Assembly (NCBI GenBank): GCA_963711395.1
Contig: CAVQEA010000003.1
Location: 209,447-273,446, forward strand
DNA length: 64,000 bases
Source of the DNA: an uncultured delta proteobacterium
GTDB taxonomy: Bacteria; Desulfobacterota; Binatia; JACPRU01
Direction: 5' to 3'
The translations under genes were made by a program, and so were the position numbers. Shown here piece after piece: positions 44,826 through 52,877 of the stretch; position 1 is the first letter of the stretch; the number at the start of each line of letters is the position of its first letter. The notes under the pieces were generated by a model. It saw only the letters and a list, made by a program, of their open reading frames with translations. It was not told where the DNA came from and made no database searches.

Positions 44826-45914
44826 GTGAAGCGCGTCATACACGTGGTCGGCGCGCGGCCGAACTTTATGAAAACCGCGCCGATCATGGCGGAGATGGCG
44901 AAACGGCCGGAGCAGTTCGAGCAGAAGCTGGTGCACACCGGCCAGCATTACGATGCGAACATGTCCGACGCCTTTTTCGCCGACCTCGAGCTTCCGGCGC
45001 CGGATGTAACCCTTGGCGTCGGCTCGGGCAGCCATGCGGCGCAGACGGCGCGCGTAATGCAGGCGATCGAGCCTGTCCTCGTCGAGTGCAGGCCCGACCT
45101 TCTCATGGTGGTTGGCGACGTCAACTCGACGCTCGCGGCGGCGCTAGTGGCTGCAAAGCTGGGCATTCCCGTCGCACACGTCGAGGCCGGTCTACGATCG
45201 CGCGACCGTACCATGCCCGAGGAGGTCAACCGGATCTTGACCGACCAGATCGCCGACGTGCTGTTCACCACGGAACAGAGTGGCAACGAGAACCTAATCC
45301 GCGAAGGCATTCCGGCGCACAAAATTCATTTCGTGGGCAACGTGATGATCGACAGTCTGCTTCGCTCGCTACCGCTTGCCGAGCGCTCGACCGTCCTGGA
45401 GCGACTGTCCTTGTCCGCCGCGCGCTACGTTGTGGTCACGCTCCATCGCCCATTCAACGTCGACGATCCGGTCACGCTGCGTGAGATCCTCGACGCGCTG
45501 AGCGAGCTCGCACGCGATCTTCCCGTCGTTTTTTCGGTTCATCCTCGAACGCGAGAGCGCATCCTGGCGATGGGCTTTCGAGCAGCTGGAACGGACCTGC
45601 GGCTGATCGAGCCGCTCGGGCACGTCGATTTTCTTCGACTCTACTCTGTCGCCGCGCTCGTCGTCACCGACTCGGGCGGGCTACAGGAAGAGACGACCTA
45701 CCTCGGCGTTCCCTGCCTCACGCTTCGACCGAACACGGAGCGACCCATAACCATCACACACGGTACCAACCGGCTCGTCGCCTCGAACCGCGATGCGATC
45801 GTGCGCGAGGCGCGATCGAGCCTTCGGACCGCCGCAAAGAACTCCAGAGTCGCCCTCCCGCTCTGGGACGGTCGCGCCGCGGATCGGATCGTGGATGCCT
45901 TGCTCCGCAGCTGA
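44826..45914 (+). CDS. wecB: UDP-N-acetylglucosamine 2-epimerase (non-hydrolysing)
   Basis: VIHVVGARPNFMKTAPI, HTGQHYD, HVEAGLRS, TDSGGLQEE. GTG 44826 is taken as the start. Confidence 0.85.
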   Translation: MKRVIHVVGARPNFMKTAPIMAEMAKRPEQFEQKLVHTGQHYDANMSDAFFADLELPAPDVTLGVGSGSHAAQTARVMQAIEPVLVECRPDLLMVVGDVNSTLAAALVAAKLGIPVAHVEAGLRSRDRTMPEEVNRILTDQIADVLFTTEQSGNENLIREGIPAHKIHFVGNVMIDSLLRSLPLAERSTVLERLSLSAARYVVVTLHRPFNVDDPVTLREILDALSELARDLPVVFSVHPRTRERILAMGFRAAGTDLRLIEPLGHVDFLRLYSVAALVVTDSGGLQEETTYLGVPCLTLRPNTERPITITHGTNRLVASNRDAIVREARSSLRTAAKNSRVALPLWDGRAADRIVDALLRS

Positions 45915-46042
45915 CCGCTGCCGAGCACACCCCACATCGGACACTTCGGGCTGCTTCGCTTCCGCCTCCTGCCATGGGTTGCGATCCCTGCCCTGCCCTT
46001 GCTATCGTGTACTGTTGAGACCGGTTGCGATCGTATACTCGC

Positions 46043-47419
46043 ATGCTGACGCCAACCGCCGATCGGTTGCGCGACTCCGGAGACGCGCAGACTCCATTGC
46101 GGCCTTCTACTGAGTGGTGGCGTCCGGAGGCCGAGCTAGCATACGAGGGCGCGCAACTACCCAGAGCAACAGCTAGAAGCGGAAGCGACAGCTCGGGGCC
46201 GTTCGTGGCCCTGTTGGTCTTCACGTTCATTCTCGTGCTGTCGCCGCAGGCCACTCGCCCGTGGCTCGCCGCACTGCGTCCTGCATGGCTCGCTGCTTTT
46301 GCCGCGGTTGTTCTGTTGATCTCCGAGCTGCTTCGAAAGGGTAAGCCATTGCTTCTTCCGAGTTCGGAGACTTGGGCGGCAATTGGCTTAGTCGGCTGGG
46401 CCTTGGCAACGATCCCGTTTTCATACTGGGCTGGTGGGAGCTTTGCCACTCTCACGGGCCCCTTTGGCAAAGCGCTAATCATTCTCTGGCTGCTCGGCCT
46501 GACGGTGAACACGCCTCAGAGATTGAGTCGCGCCGCGTGGGCGTTGACCCTTATGGCGATTCCTCTCGCAAAAGCTGGAGTCTACAACTACATGACCGGC
46601 AATTTCATCCGCTCCCTAACCAGTGAGCGGATTGTCGGGTACGAAGGCGCACTCGCATCGAACCCAAATGATCTGGCGCTAATGCTCAATCTGATCATAC
46701 CACTCACGATCGCACTATTGACGATTCAGCGAAGGTTCTCGATCCGGCTGTTTCTGTGCGGCGTGGTCGCACTGAGCACGGTGGCAATCATTTTTACCCA
46801 TTCCAGGGGTGGCTTTGTGATAATGGCCGCTCTCTTCCTCTTTTATGCGTGGAAGCTGATTCGTAGGCGGAGGCCCGGGTGGCTGGCTGTCCTCTTGATC
46901 GTCGTCTTCCTCGCCGTTCCGCTGCTGCCGAGTGGATATCTCTCGCGTATGAACACGATCACGAACATCGATGAAGACGAGACTGGTTCGGCTCAGCAGC
47001 GATGGGAACTGATGAAGGCTGCAACACGCTACATTGTCGAGCATCCGTTGGTTGGCGCCGGGCTAGGAATGGATGCCCTCGCGCTGAACGATATGCTTGG
47101 CCCGATTTGGCACGACGTCCACAACGTCTACCTGCAAATCGGGATGGATCTCGGCATTCCAGGGCTTGTCCTCTACCTGGTCATCGTCACAAGCGCATTT
47201 CGGTCGACGATCGTCGTTTGTCGGCGATGTGCCGGCAGTGCCGACCTCAATTTGCTCTTTAACCTGAGCGAGGGTCTACAAGGCAGCCTTTGCGCCTTCA
47301 TCGTGGGAGCATTCTTCGCGCCGGTCGCCTACAATCTCTACTTCTATTTCATCGCCGGCATGGCGATCGGCGCTCGGGAAACGCTGGCGGCCGAATCATT
47401 TCATCCTGACAATCTGTAG
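46043..47419 (+). CDS. O-antigen ligase/polymerase-like (Wzy_C family) membrane protein
   Basis: At least 10 TM helices. The FTHSRGGF loop motif is typical of Wzy_C/O-antigen ligase proteins. G+C is noticeably lower than in the flanks. Confidence 0.7.
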   Translation: MLTPTADRLRDSGDAQTPLRPSTEWWRPEAELAYEGAQLPRATARSGSDSSGPFVALLVFTFILVLSPQATRPWLAALRPAWLAAFAAVVLLISELLRKGKPLLLPSSETWAAIGLVGWALATIPFSYWAGGSFATLTGPFGKALIILWLLGLTVNTPQRLSRAAWALTLMAIPLAKAGVYNYMTGNFIRSLTSERIVGYEGALASNPNDLALMLNLIIPLTIALLTIQRRFSIRLFLCGVVALSTVAIIFTHSRGGFVIMAALFLFYAWKLIRRRRPGWLAVLLIVVFLAVPLLPSGYLSRMNTITNIDEDETGSAQQRWELMKAATRYIVEHPLVGAGLGMDALALNDMLGPIWHDVHNVYLQIGMDLGIPGLVLYLVIVTSAFRSTIVVCRRCAGSADLNLLFNLSEGLQGSLCAFIVGAFFAPVAYNLYFYFIAGMAIGARETLAAESFHPDNL

Positions 47420-47479
47420 ACATCCGGACAATCGCGAGATGTCCGTGAGCGTCCAGTTTCCGTAGGTCCCGAAAATCCG

Positions 47480-47720
47480 AGCGCCGCGCCCGAATCACAT
47501 CGACGAGCTGCTTCGCGTGATGTTGACCAAGACGCGTGAGGCTCGTTTGGCGCTTGCCGTCGAGGATGCGCGTGCTGCTTCTCGATGCTCGACCTCCTGC
47601 AAAGGTACAGTCGCAGCTCATCTGAGATCTTCGGATCCCTTCTGCGCATTTGCCTGCAGTAAGCGTCCAAATTTTGCCGGGGTCGCGACTAGTTTGTAAC
47701 GCCGCGCGCCACGTTCTGTC
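47480..47720 (-). pseudogene. Possible degenerate XRE-family HTH remnant (split over two frames)
   Basis: On the minus strand, one frame reads KFGRLLQANAQKGSEDLR* and another reads GGRASRSSTRILDGKRQTSLTRL..AKQL. Together these resemble fGxrLrxxRxxxGlSqeeLA...gvSrstisRiExGKrxpSLxtL. No intact ORF with a sensible start is present. Confidence 0.2.
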
Positions 47721-47878
47721 GCCAAAAACCCCAAATAGTCGACGCGAGTAGCTAGTCGCCGCGGGTATGAGGATTGCTTCTCTCGTGCCGCGATACTCCC
47801 GGTCGAGAGGGCGGGCAAGCAGCAACGCTCCAGAGCAACCGTTGAGTGAGCCGGGTGGGCGGGAGGAAGGGGACTTCC

Positions 47879-48736
47879 ATGGTTTCACGCGATAGCGTTG
47901 TCTTGTTCAATCGTATCCTCGCGATCACGGTTTCGTGCTTCCTGTTTGTGCGCGTCGTTGACCTCGCAGCCGCAACGGCGCCTGCCGCACCGAACACCAT
48001 TCTCAGCACGAATCCGCCGGTCCAGACGGGCCAGACGATCTCGGTGGCATCGGGCGGTGATCTACAGGCGGCGCTGAATTCGGCTCAGCCCGGGGATACG
48101 ATCGAGCTTGCAGCCGGGGCGACGTTCACCGGAAATTTCGTGTTGCCGAAGAAAACTGGGTCGGGATGGGTCTGGATTCGCACTTCTGCCTATGGCTCGT
48201 TGCCAGCCGGCGGCACGCGCGTCTCACCGGCGAATTCACCGACGATGGGGCGCATCGTGAGCCCGAATACGAGCCCCGCAATGCTCTTCGATCTTGGCGC
48301 CAGCAACTACTACGTCACCGGCCTCGAGGTCACGACGACTTGGAACACCACGAACTACACGCTCTACAACCTAATCGTGATGGGCTCTGCGCGAGACGCC
48401 GATACGCCGGCCAGGACGCTCAGTGACCTGCCAACGAACGTCGTCTTCGATCGTTGCTACATCCACGGAACGCCGAGCGGCAACGTCCGGCGCGGCATCG
48501 CGATGAACAGCGCCCGTACCGCGGTGGTCGATTCCTATCTATCCGACTTTCACGAGGTCGGCGGCGATTCGCAGGCCATCGCATCGTGGAATGGGTCGGG
48601 CCCCTTCAAGATCGTGAATAACTACCTCGAAGGCGCTGCCGAGAACGTGCTCTTCGGGGGCGCAGATCCGTCGATCGCCAATCTCGTGCCCTCCGACATC
48701 GAGATCCGCGGCAACTACTTCAACAAGCCTCTGTAG
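47879..48736 (+). CDS. Secreted right-handed beta-helix (pectate-lyase-fold) protein, N-terminal part ending at an in-frame TAG
   Basis: GGAGGAAGGGG RBS. Signal/anchor LFNRILAITVSCFLFVRVVDLAAA. Motifs ...GDTIELAAGATFTGNFVL..., CYIHGTPSGNVRRGI, IVNNYLEGAAENVLFGG, IEIRGNYFNKPL*. Confidence 0.75.
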   Translation: MVSRDSVVLFNRILAITVSCFLFVRVVDLAAATAPAAPNTILSTNPPVQTGQTISVASGGDLQAALNSAQPGDTIELAAGATFTGNFVLPKKTGSGWVWIRTSAYGSLPAGGTRVSPANSPTMGRIVSPNTSPAMLFDLGASNYYVTGLEVTTTWNTTNYTLYNLIVMGSARDADTPARTLSDLPTNVVFDRCYIHGTPSGNVRRGIAMNSARTAVVDSYLSDFHEVGGDSQAIASWNGSGPFKIVNNYLEGAAENVLFGGADPSIANLVPSDIEIRGNYFNKPL

Positions 48737-50485
48737 TGGAAGGTCGACGACCCGAGTTACGCGGGGATCCACTGGAAGGTCAAAAATCTCCTCGAGATCA
48801 AGAACGCTCAGCGCGTTCTCGTCGACGGCAACGTCTTCGAGCACAACTGGGGGGACGCGCAGAGCGGCTTTGCCATATTGTTCACGCCACGCAATCAAGG
48901 CGGCACGGCTCCGTGGTCGGTGACGCAGGACATCACGCTCTCGAATAACATCGTCCGCCACGTTGGCAGTGGCGTGAACATCTCGGGCACCGACAGCGAC
49001 AACCCCAGCCAGCGGACTGCGCGAGTGCTCGTTCGCAACAACCTCTTCGACGACGTGAACGGGGCGACCTGGTCCGCCGATGGGCGCCTGTTCCAGATGC
49101 TCGGCGGTGCGAACGACGTAGCCTTCCGTCACAACACCGGCATCCAATCCAGCGTGATCATGATGGCGGACGGATCGCCGGCAAATCAGGGCTTCGAGCA
49201 TACCAACAACATCTCGGCCCCCGGCACATATGGCTTCTTCGGCGGCAATCAGGGCGAGGGCAATCAGGCGATCGCCTACTACTTCCCCGGCGCCGTCTTC
49301 ACGGGGAACGTGCTGACAGGCCGGAGCCCGACCGTCTTTACGAACTATCCGGGCAACTTCTTCCCTGCATCGATGGCAGCAGTCGGATTCGTGGATGCGA
49401 CAAATGGTAACTACGCGCTGTCGCCCGGTAGCCCGTACAAGGGGAAAGCGACGGACGGGACGGACCCTGGCGTGGACTTCGTCGCGCTCGATGCGGCGCA
49501 GGCGGGGGCGAATGCGCCGTCTCCTTCGGGGTCGCCGGCCACGCCTCCGACGCCTAGCCCAACTGCCCCTCCGACGCCTAGCTCGACTCCGACAACTATG
49601 CCCACTCCCTCGCCTACACCGGTGAACGACACGAGCGCGCCCACCACCTCGATCGTGGACCCGCTGTCGGGAGCCAACGTTAGTGGCACGCAGCCGATCC
49701 TCGTGACCGCTTCGGACAACGTCGGCGTGGCCGACGGTGCCATCATGATCGACGGGGCAATCGTCGCGAGCTTCTCCGGCAAATCGGCGACCTACAACTG
49801 GAATACCGCCATGGCCGGCGCCGGCAGCCATAGGCTGCAGTCGAAGGTACAAGACGCAGTCGGCAACGTCGGCATGTCTTCGCCGGTGACGGTCACGGTC
49901 GACGGTGCCGACACCACGCCGCCGAGCGTGACGATCACCTATCCGACCAGCGGGGCGACGGTGGCCGCCGGGGCACAGACCATCACGGAGAACGTCTCGG
50001 ACAACGTGGGCGTCACGCTGGTGAAGACCTTGATCAACAGCTCGGTCGTTTGCCAGAAGACCGCCCCTCCGTACTCCTGTCCGGTCACGTTGAGTGGGAC
50101 AGGCGCAACCGTCGATGTCATCGCGTACGACGCCGCGGGCAACTCCCGCCTGGCCGAGGTCAACGTCAAGGTGGCCGCGAACGGCACCACGTCCGGTTCC
50201 AACACTGCCGACACCACGCCGCCGAGTGTGACGATCACCTATCCCCCTAGCGGCATACGCCTTAACCGCGGCAACAAGACCACAATCACGGCCGACGTTT
50301 CCGACAACGTCGGGGTCGCGGTGGTGAAAACGTACGCCGACGGCGGGCTCATTTGCCAGGATACGGCGCCTCCATACGCGTGCCCGTGGACCGTGTGGGG
50401 CAAGGGGCAGGTACTAATCCAAGTGAGGGCGGTCGACCGAGCCGGCAACGCACGAACGGAACGGGTAAGCGTGTTTTCTCGATAG
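48737..50485 (+). CDS. Continuation of the same reading frame after the TAG: beta-helix repeats, Pro/Thr linker and three Ig-like domains
   Basis: There is no further stop between 48737 and 50485 in the frame of 47879. KNLLEIKNAQRVLVDGNVFEHNW, ITLSNNIVRH, VRNNLFDD. The only in-frame start-like codon is TTG 48878. Confidence 0.7.
   Translation, partial: WKVDDPSYAGIHWKVKNLLEIKNAQRVLVDGNVFEHNWGDAQSGFAILFTPRNQGGTAPWSVTQDITLSNNIVRHVGSGVNISGTDSDNPSQRTARVLVRNNLFDDVNGATWSADGRLFQMLGGANDVAFRHNTGIQSSVIMMADGSPANQGFEHTNNISAPGTYGFFGGNQGEGNQAIAYYFPGAVFTGNVLTGRSPTVFTNYPGNFFPASMAAVGFVDATNGNYALSPGSPYKGKATDGTDPGVDFVALDAAQAGANAPSPSGSPATPPTPSPTAPPTPSSTPTTMPTPSPTPVNDTSAPTTSIVDPLSGANVSGTQPILVTASDNVGVADGAIMIDGAIVASFSGKSATYNWNTAMAGAGSHRLQSKVQDAVGNVGMSSPVTVTVDGADTTPPSVTITYPTSGATVAAGAQTITENVSDNVGVTLVKTLINSSVVCQKTAPPYSCPVTLSGTGATVDVIAYDAAGNSRLAEVNVKVAANGTTSGSNTADTTPPSVTITYPPSGIRLNRGNKTTITADVSDNVGVAVVKTYADGGLICQDTAPPYACPWTVWGKGQVLIQVRAVDRAGNARTERVSVFSR
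49620..50482 (+). repeat. Three tandem Ig-like domain repeats (about 300-bp period) at the 3' end of the beta-helix gene
   Basis: GCCGACACCACGCCGCCGAG(C/T)GTGACGATCACCTATCC recurs at 49907 and 50207. The peptide pattern TTPPSVTITYP...SDNVGV...APPY.CP occurs twice, with a more divergent first copy. Confidence 0.75.
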
Positions 50486-50521
50486 GGGGCCGCTGCTTTG
50501 CGACCCGTGAATGTCAGCCCG

Positions 50522-51673
50522 CTACGCGATCATCCGTTTGGGAGGATGAATGAGAGCGAGTCGGTAGTCTCGGTACGCCCCGGGATCGCCGTCTCGCCCG
50601 TCACAAGCGGCGAAGGCTACGTTGACCATTTCACGAGCGGTGACAAAGTGCGTGCGCACGCCGCTCCCGAGCGCGAGCAGTTCGTGCAAAAATCTCCGAA
50701 CCGGTTCGCCGAACATCGCGGGCTCGTCGCGTGGGTCCATCCCGTGGCAATGGAGCTTGACGAAGATCCAGTCCGGACGACCGCGCACTCCAACCGCCAC
50801 GCTCTGCCAACGCCGTAGCCGCGCCATCGTCGGCGGATTGGCGTTCGTCAACTCGGCATTCTCGATGTAGGGTCGCCACAGCGACGAGCCACGCCGACGC
50901 AGCGCGATCATCAGCGGTCCCTGCACGATCAACGGCAAGCGGCAGATGGGAGTGCCCACACGCAGATCGGACCCGCGGCGGTGCGCGGCTCGGCGAGCGA
51001 GCGGCGCGGCGCACTCGTAGAGCGCGTTGATCTTTCGCGTCTGCGCCCGATCCGGCGCCGAAGGCAAAGTGAAATCGCCATAGCAGCCCGTCTCGGCGAG
51101 GATCTCGAGCTCGTCGTCGACGCCGCAATAGCGACCGTCGCCGGAGTTCGCCAGCGCCCAATTGCCGTGTACGAACGCGTAGCGTGGCGGCCCGGAGGCG
51201 TCGAGGCGGGAAAGGCAACCGTGACCGACAAGGCGGTCGCGGAACTCGACGAGCGTGCGGCGGGTGTTGTCCGAGACATCTGGAGCCGAAAGTCCATGGT
51301 GAAGATGAATCTCGATCTCTCCCCACCCTTCGTGACAATGCTCGGCGAGCCGCGACACCAAGCCCGCATCATACTGCTCGGCGGGAGAGAAGTACGTGTG
51401 CCGAAGCGGCCGACCTTCGACGTCGCGGTATCCCTCAGCCATCTTCGGATACTCGCGACACCAGCGCTCGAGGCGCCGCTCCTGCTCGTCCCGCGGCGCC
51501 AACACATGCGGTGTGTTCGGCAGGATCGACGGCTCGAAGTGATCGGCTACCGCGAAGAGGAGATGGAGCGGTCGCGCGTGGGTGGCGCGCCGTGCGAGTC
51601 GCTGCCAGAGACTCGCCGGCAGCCAGCGAAGAGTGCTGCGTGCTTTTTCCCAAGCCACGCTCGGAGCCTTCAT
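50522..51673 (-). CDS. Conserved hypothetical protein, possibly a divergent CE4/NodB-like polysaccharide deacetylase
   Basis: 383 aa from ATG 51673. LLFAVADHFEP, IEIHLHHG and FVHGNWAL resemble Asp/His metal-site motifs of NodB-fold enzymes. The function call is tentative; the gene call is solid (last gene of the minus-strand EPS operon). Confidence 0.5.
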   Translation of the reverse strand: MKAPSVAWEKARSTLRWLPASLWQRLARRATHARPLHLLFAVADHFEPSILPNTPHVLAPRDEQERRLERWCREYPKMAEGYRDVEGRPLRHTYFSPAEQYDAGLVSRLAEHCHEGWGEIEIHLHHGLSAPDVSDNTRRTLVEFRDRLVGHGCLSRLDASGPPRYAFVHGNWALANSGDGRYCGVDDELEILAETGCYGDFTLPSAPDRAQTRKINALYECAAPLARRAAHRRGSDLRVGTPICRLPLIVQGPLMIALRRRGSSLWRPYIENAELTNANPPTMARLRRWQSVAVGVRGRPDWIFVKLHCHGMDPRDEPAMFGEPVRRFLHELLALGSGVRTHFVTAREMVNVAFAACDGRDGDPGAYRDYRLALIHPPKRMIA

Positions 51674-51686
51674 ACGGTGGCCGCGG

Positions 51687-52850
51687 TCAGTCCGCGCGCT
51701 CCCAAGTCGCACTCTGGCGGCCGGTGAGGAAGCGCACAAGACCGACCACCGTCGCCCAATTGAGCAGGCAAAAGGCATACGGTACGCCGAGCGCGACGGA
51801 TCGCTTCTCGCCGCCGGCGAAGAAGTGGCCGGCCAGGGCGAGCACGTAGAACACTAGCTGGAGCACCAGCGCCAATTGGTAGAGGGCTACATCGGCGCGC
51901 AGCAGACTCGCCACGGCGACGATCGCCAGCAACAGTGGGCTCGAGAGACGCAGCAGCTTGTGTGAGATCGTCTGGAACCAGATGCGATTGCGTAGCGGGC
52001 TCAGCAGCCAGCGCTCGCGAGCGAACAGCTGGAAGGTTCCGCCGATCGTTCGTACTTTGCGCCGCAGCTCATCGCCAGCGCTCGTCGTCACTTGATCATA
52101 GGCGATCGCGTTGCGCACGAACACGACACGGTATCCGCGGCGCGTCACGCGCAACGGGACGAGCACGTCGTCCAGAATCGTGCCTTCGGGTATGGGATCG
52201 AACAGTGCGCGGCGTACGGCGTAGATCGCGCCGGTGGCACCCACCGTCGAATCGACGGCGCTCTCGCTGATGCGAACGAGCTTCTCATAGCGCCAGTAGA
52301 AGCCTACGCCCTCCCCGGCAGGGGTGGATGTCCTCTCGTCGGACGTGAGCACCAGCTCGCCGCTCGCCGCACCGACCGCTGGATCGGAGAACGCCGCGGC
52401 CAAAGCGCGCAACGCGCCGACCTCGAAGCGCTGCCTTGCGTCCGCGAAAGCGACGACCTCGCCGCGAGCCTGCGGCACGATGTCGTTCAGTACGGCCGCT
52501 TTACCTCGACGAGTCGGAAACGCAAACACGCGCAGGCGCTCGCTGGCGCGGGCCTTCGCGATTTCCGCGGTCCGGTCGCTCGAGCCGTCTGAGGCGACGA
52601 GGATCTCGAACCGCTCGGCCGGATAGTCGAGAGAAAGGAGATTCTCGAGTCGAGCCGGGAGACGACGCTCTTCGTCGTGCGCTACGACGACGACGCTGAG
52701 AAATGGCGTCTCGGCTCGTGCGTCGACCCGCCGGGGGCGGATGCGAGCCCACGCGACGATCACCAGGGGATAGCCGACGTAGGTGTACAGAAGCAGGAGC
52801 GTACAGGCCCAAAACGAGAGGCCAATCACGTCGACCCCGGTGGCCAACAT
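51687..52850 (-). CDS. Family 2 glycosyltransferase (processive, TM helices at both ends)
   Basis: FLSVVVVAHDEE..., ILVASDGSSDRT, FADARQ. There are four C-terminal TM helices. Confidence 0.85.
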   Translation of the reverse strand: MLATGVDVIGLSFWACTLLLLYTYVGYPLVIVAWARIRPRRVDARAETPFLSVVVVAHDEERRLPARLENLLSLDYPAERFEILVASDGSSDRTAEIAKARASERLRVFAFPTRRGKAAVLNDIVPQARGEVVAFADARQRFEVGALRALAAAFSDPAVGAASGELVLTSDERTSTPAGEGVGFYWRYEKLVRISESAVDSTVGATGAIYAVRRALFDPIPEGTILDDVLVPLRVTRRGYRVVFVRNAIAYDQVTTSAGDELRRKVRTIGGTFQLFARERWLLSPLRNRIWFQTISHKLLRLSSPLLLAIVAVASLLRADVALYQLALVLQLVFYVLALAGHFFAGGEKRSVALGVPYAFCLLNWATVVGLVRFLTGRQSATWERAD

Positions 52851-52877
52851 GGCGTTTCGAGAGTTAGCGGCGCAACG

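Noticed and set aside
47349-47888. 179-aa minus-strand ORF as an intact gene in the low-GC gap
   Set aside because: It would overlap the Wzy-like gene by 71 nt and the start of the beta-helix gene. The HTH-like similarity is split across frames, so I treat it only as a possible remnant.
48734-48736. Pyrrolysine decoding of the in-frame TAG
   Set aside because: There are no pyl genes and no methylamine-methyltransferase context in the window. The gene family has no known Pyl members. A nonsense mutation or an error is far more likely.
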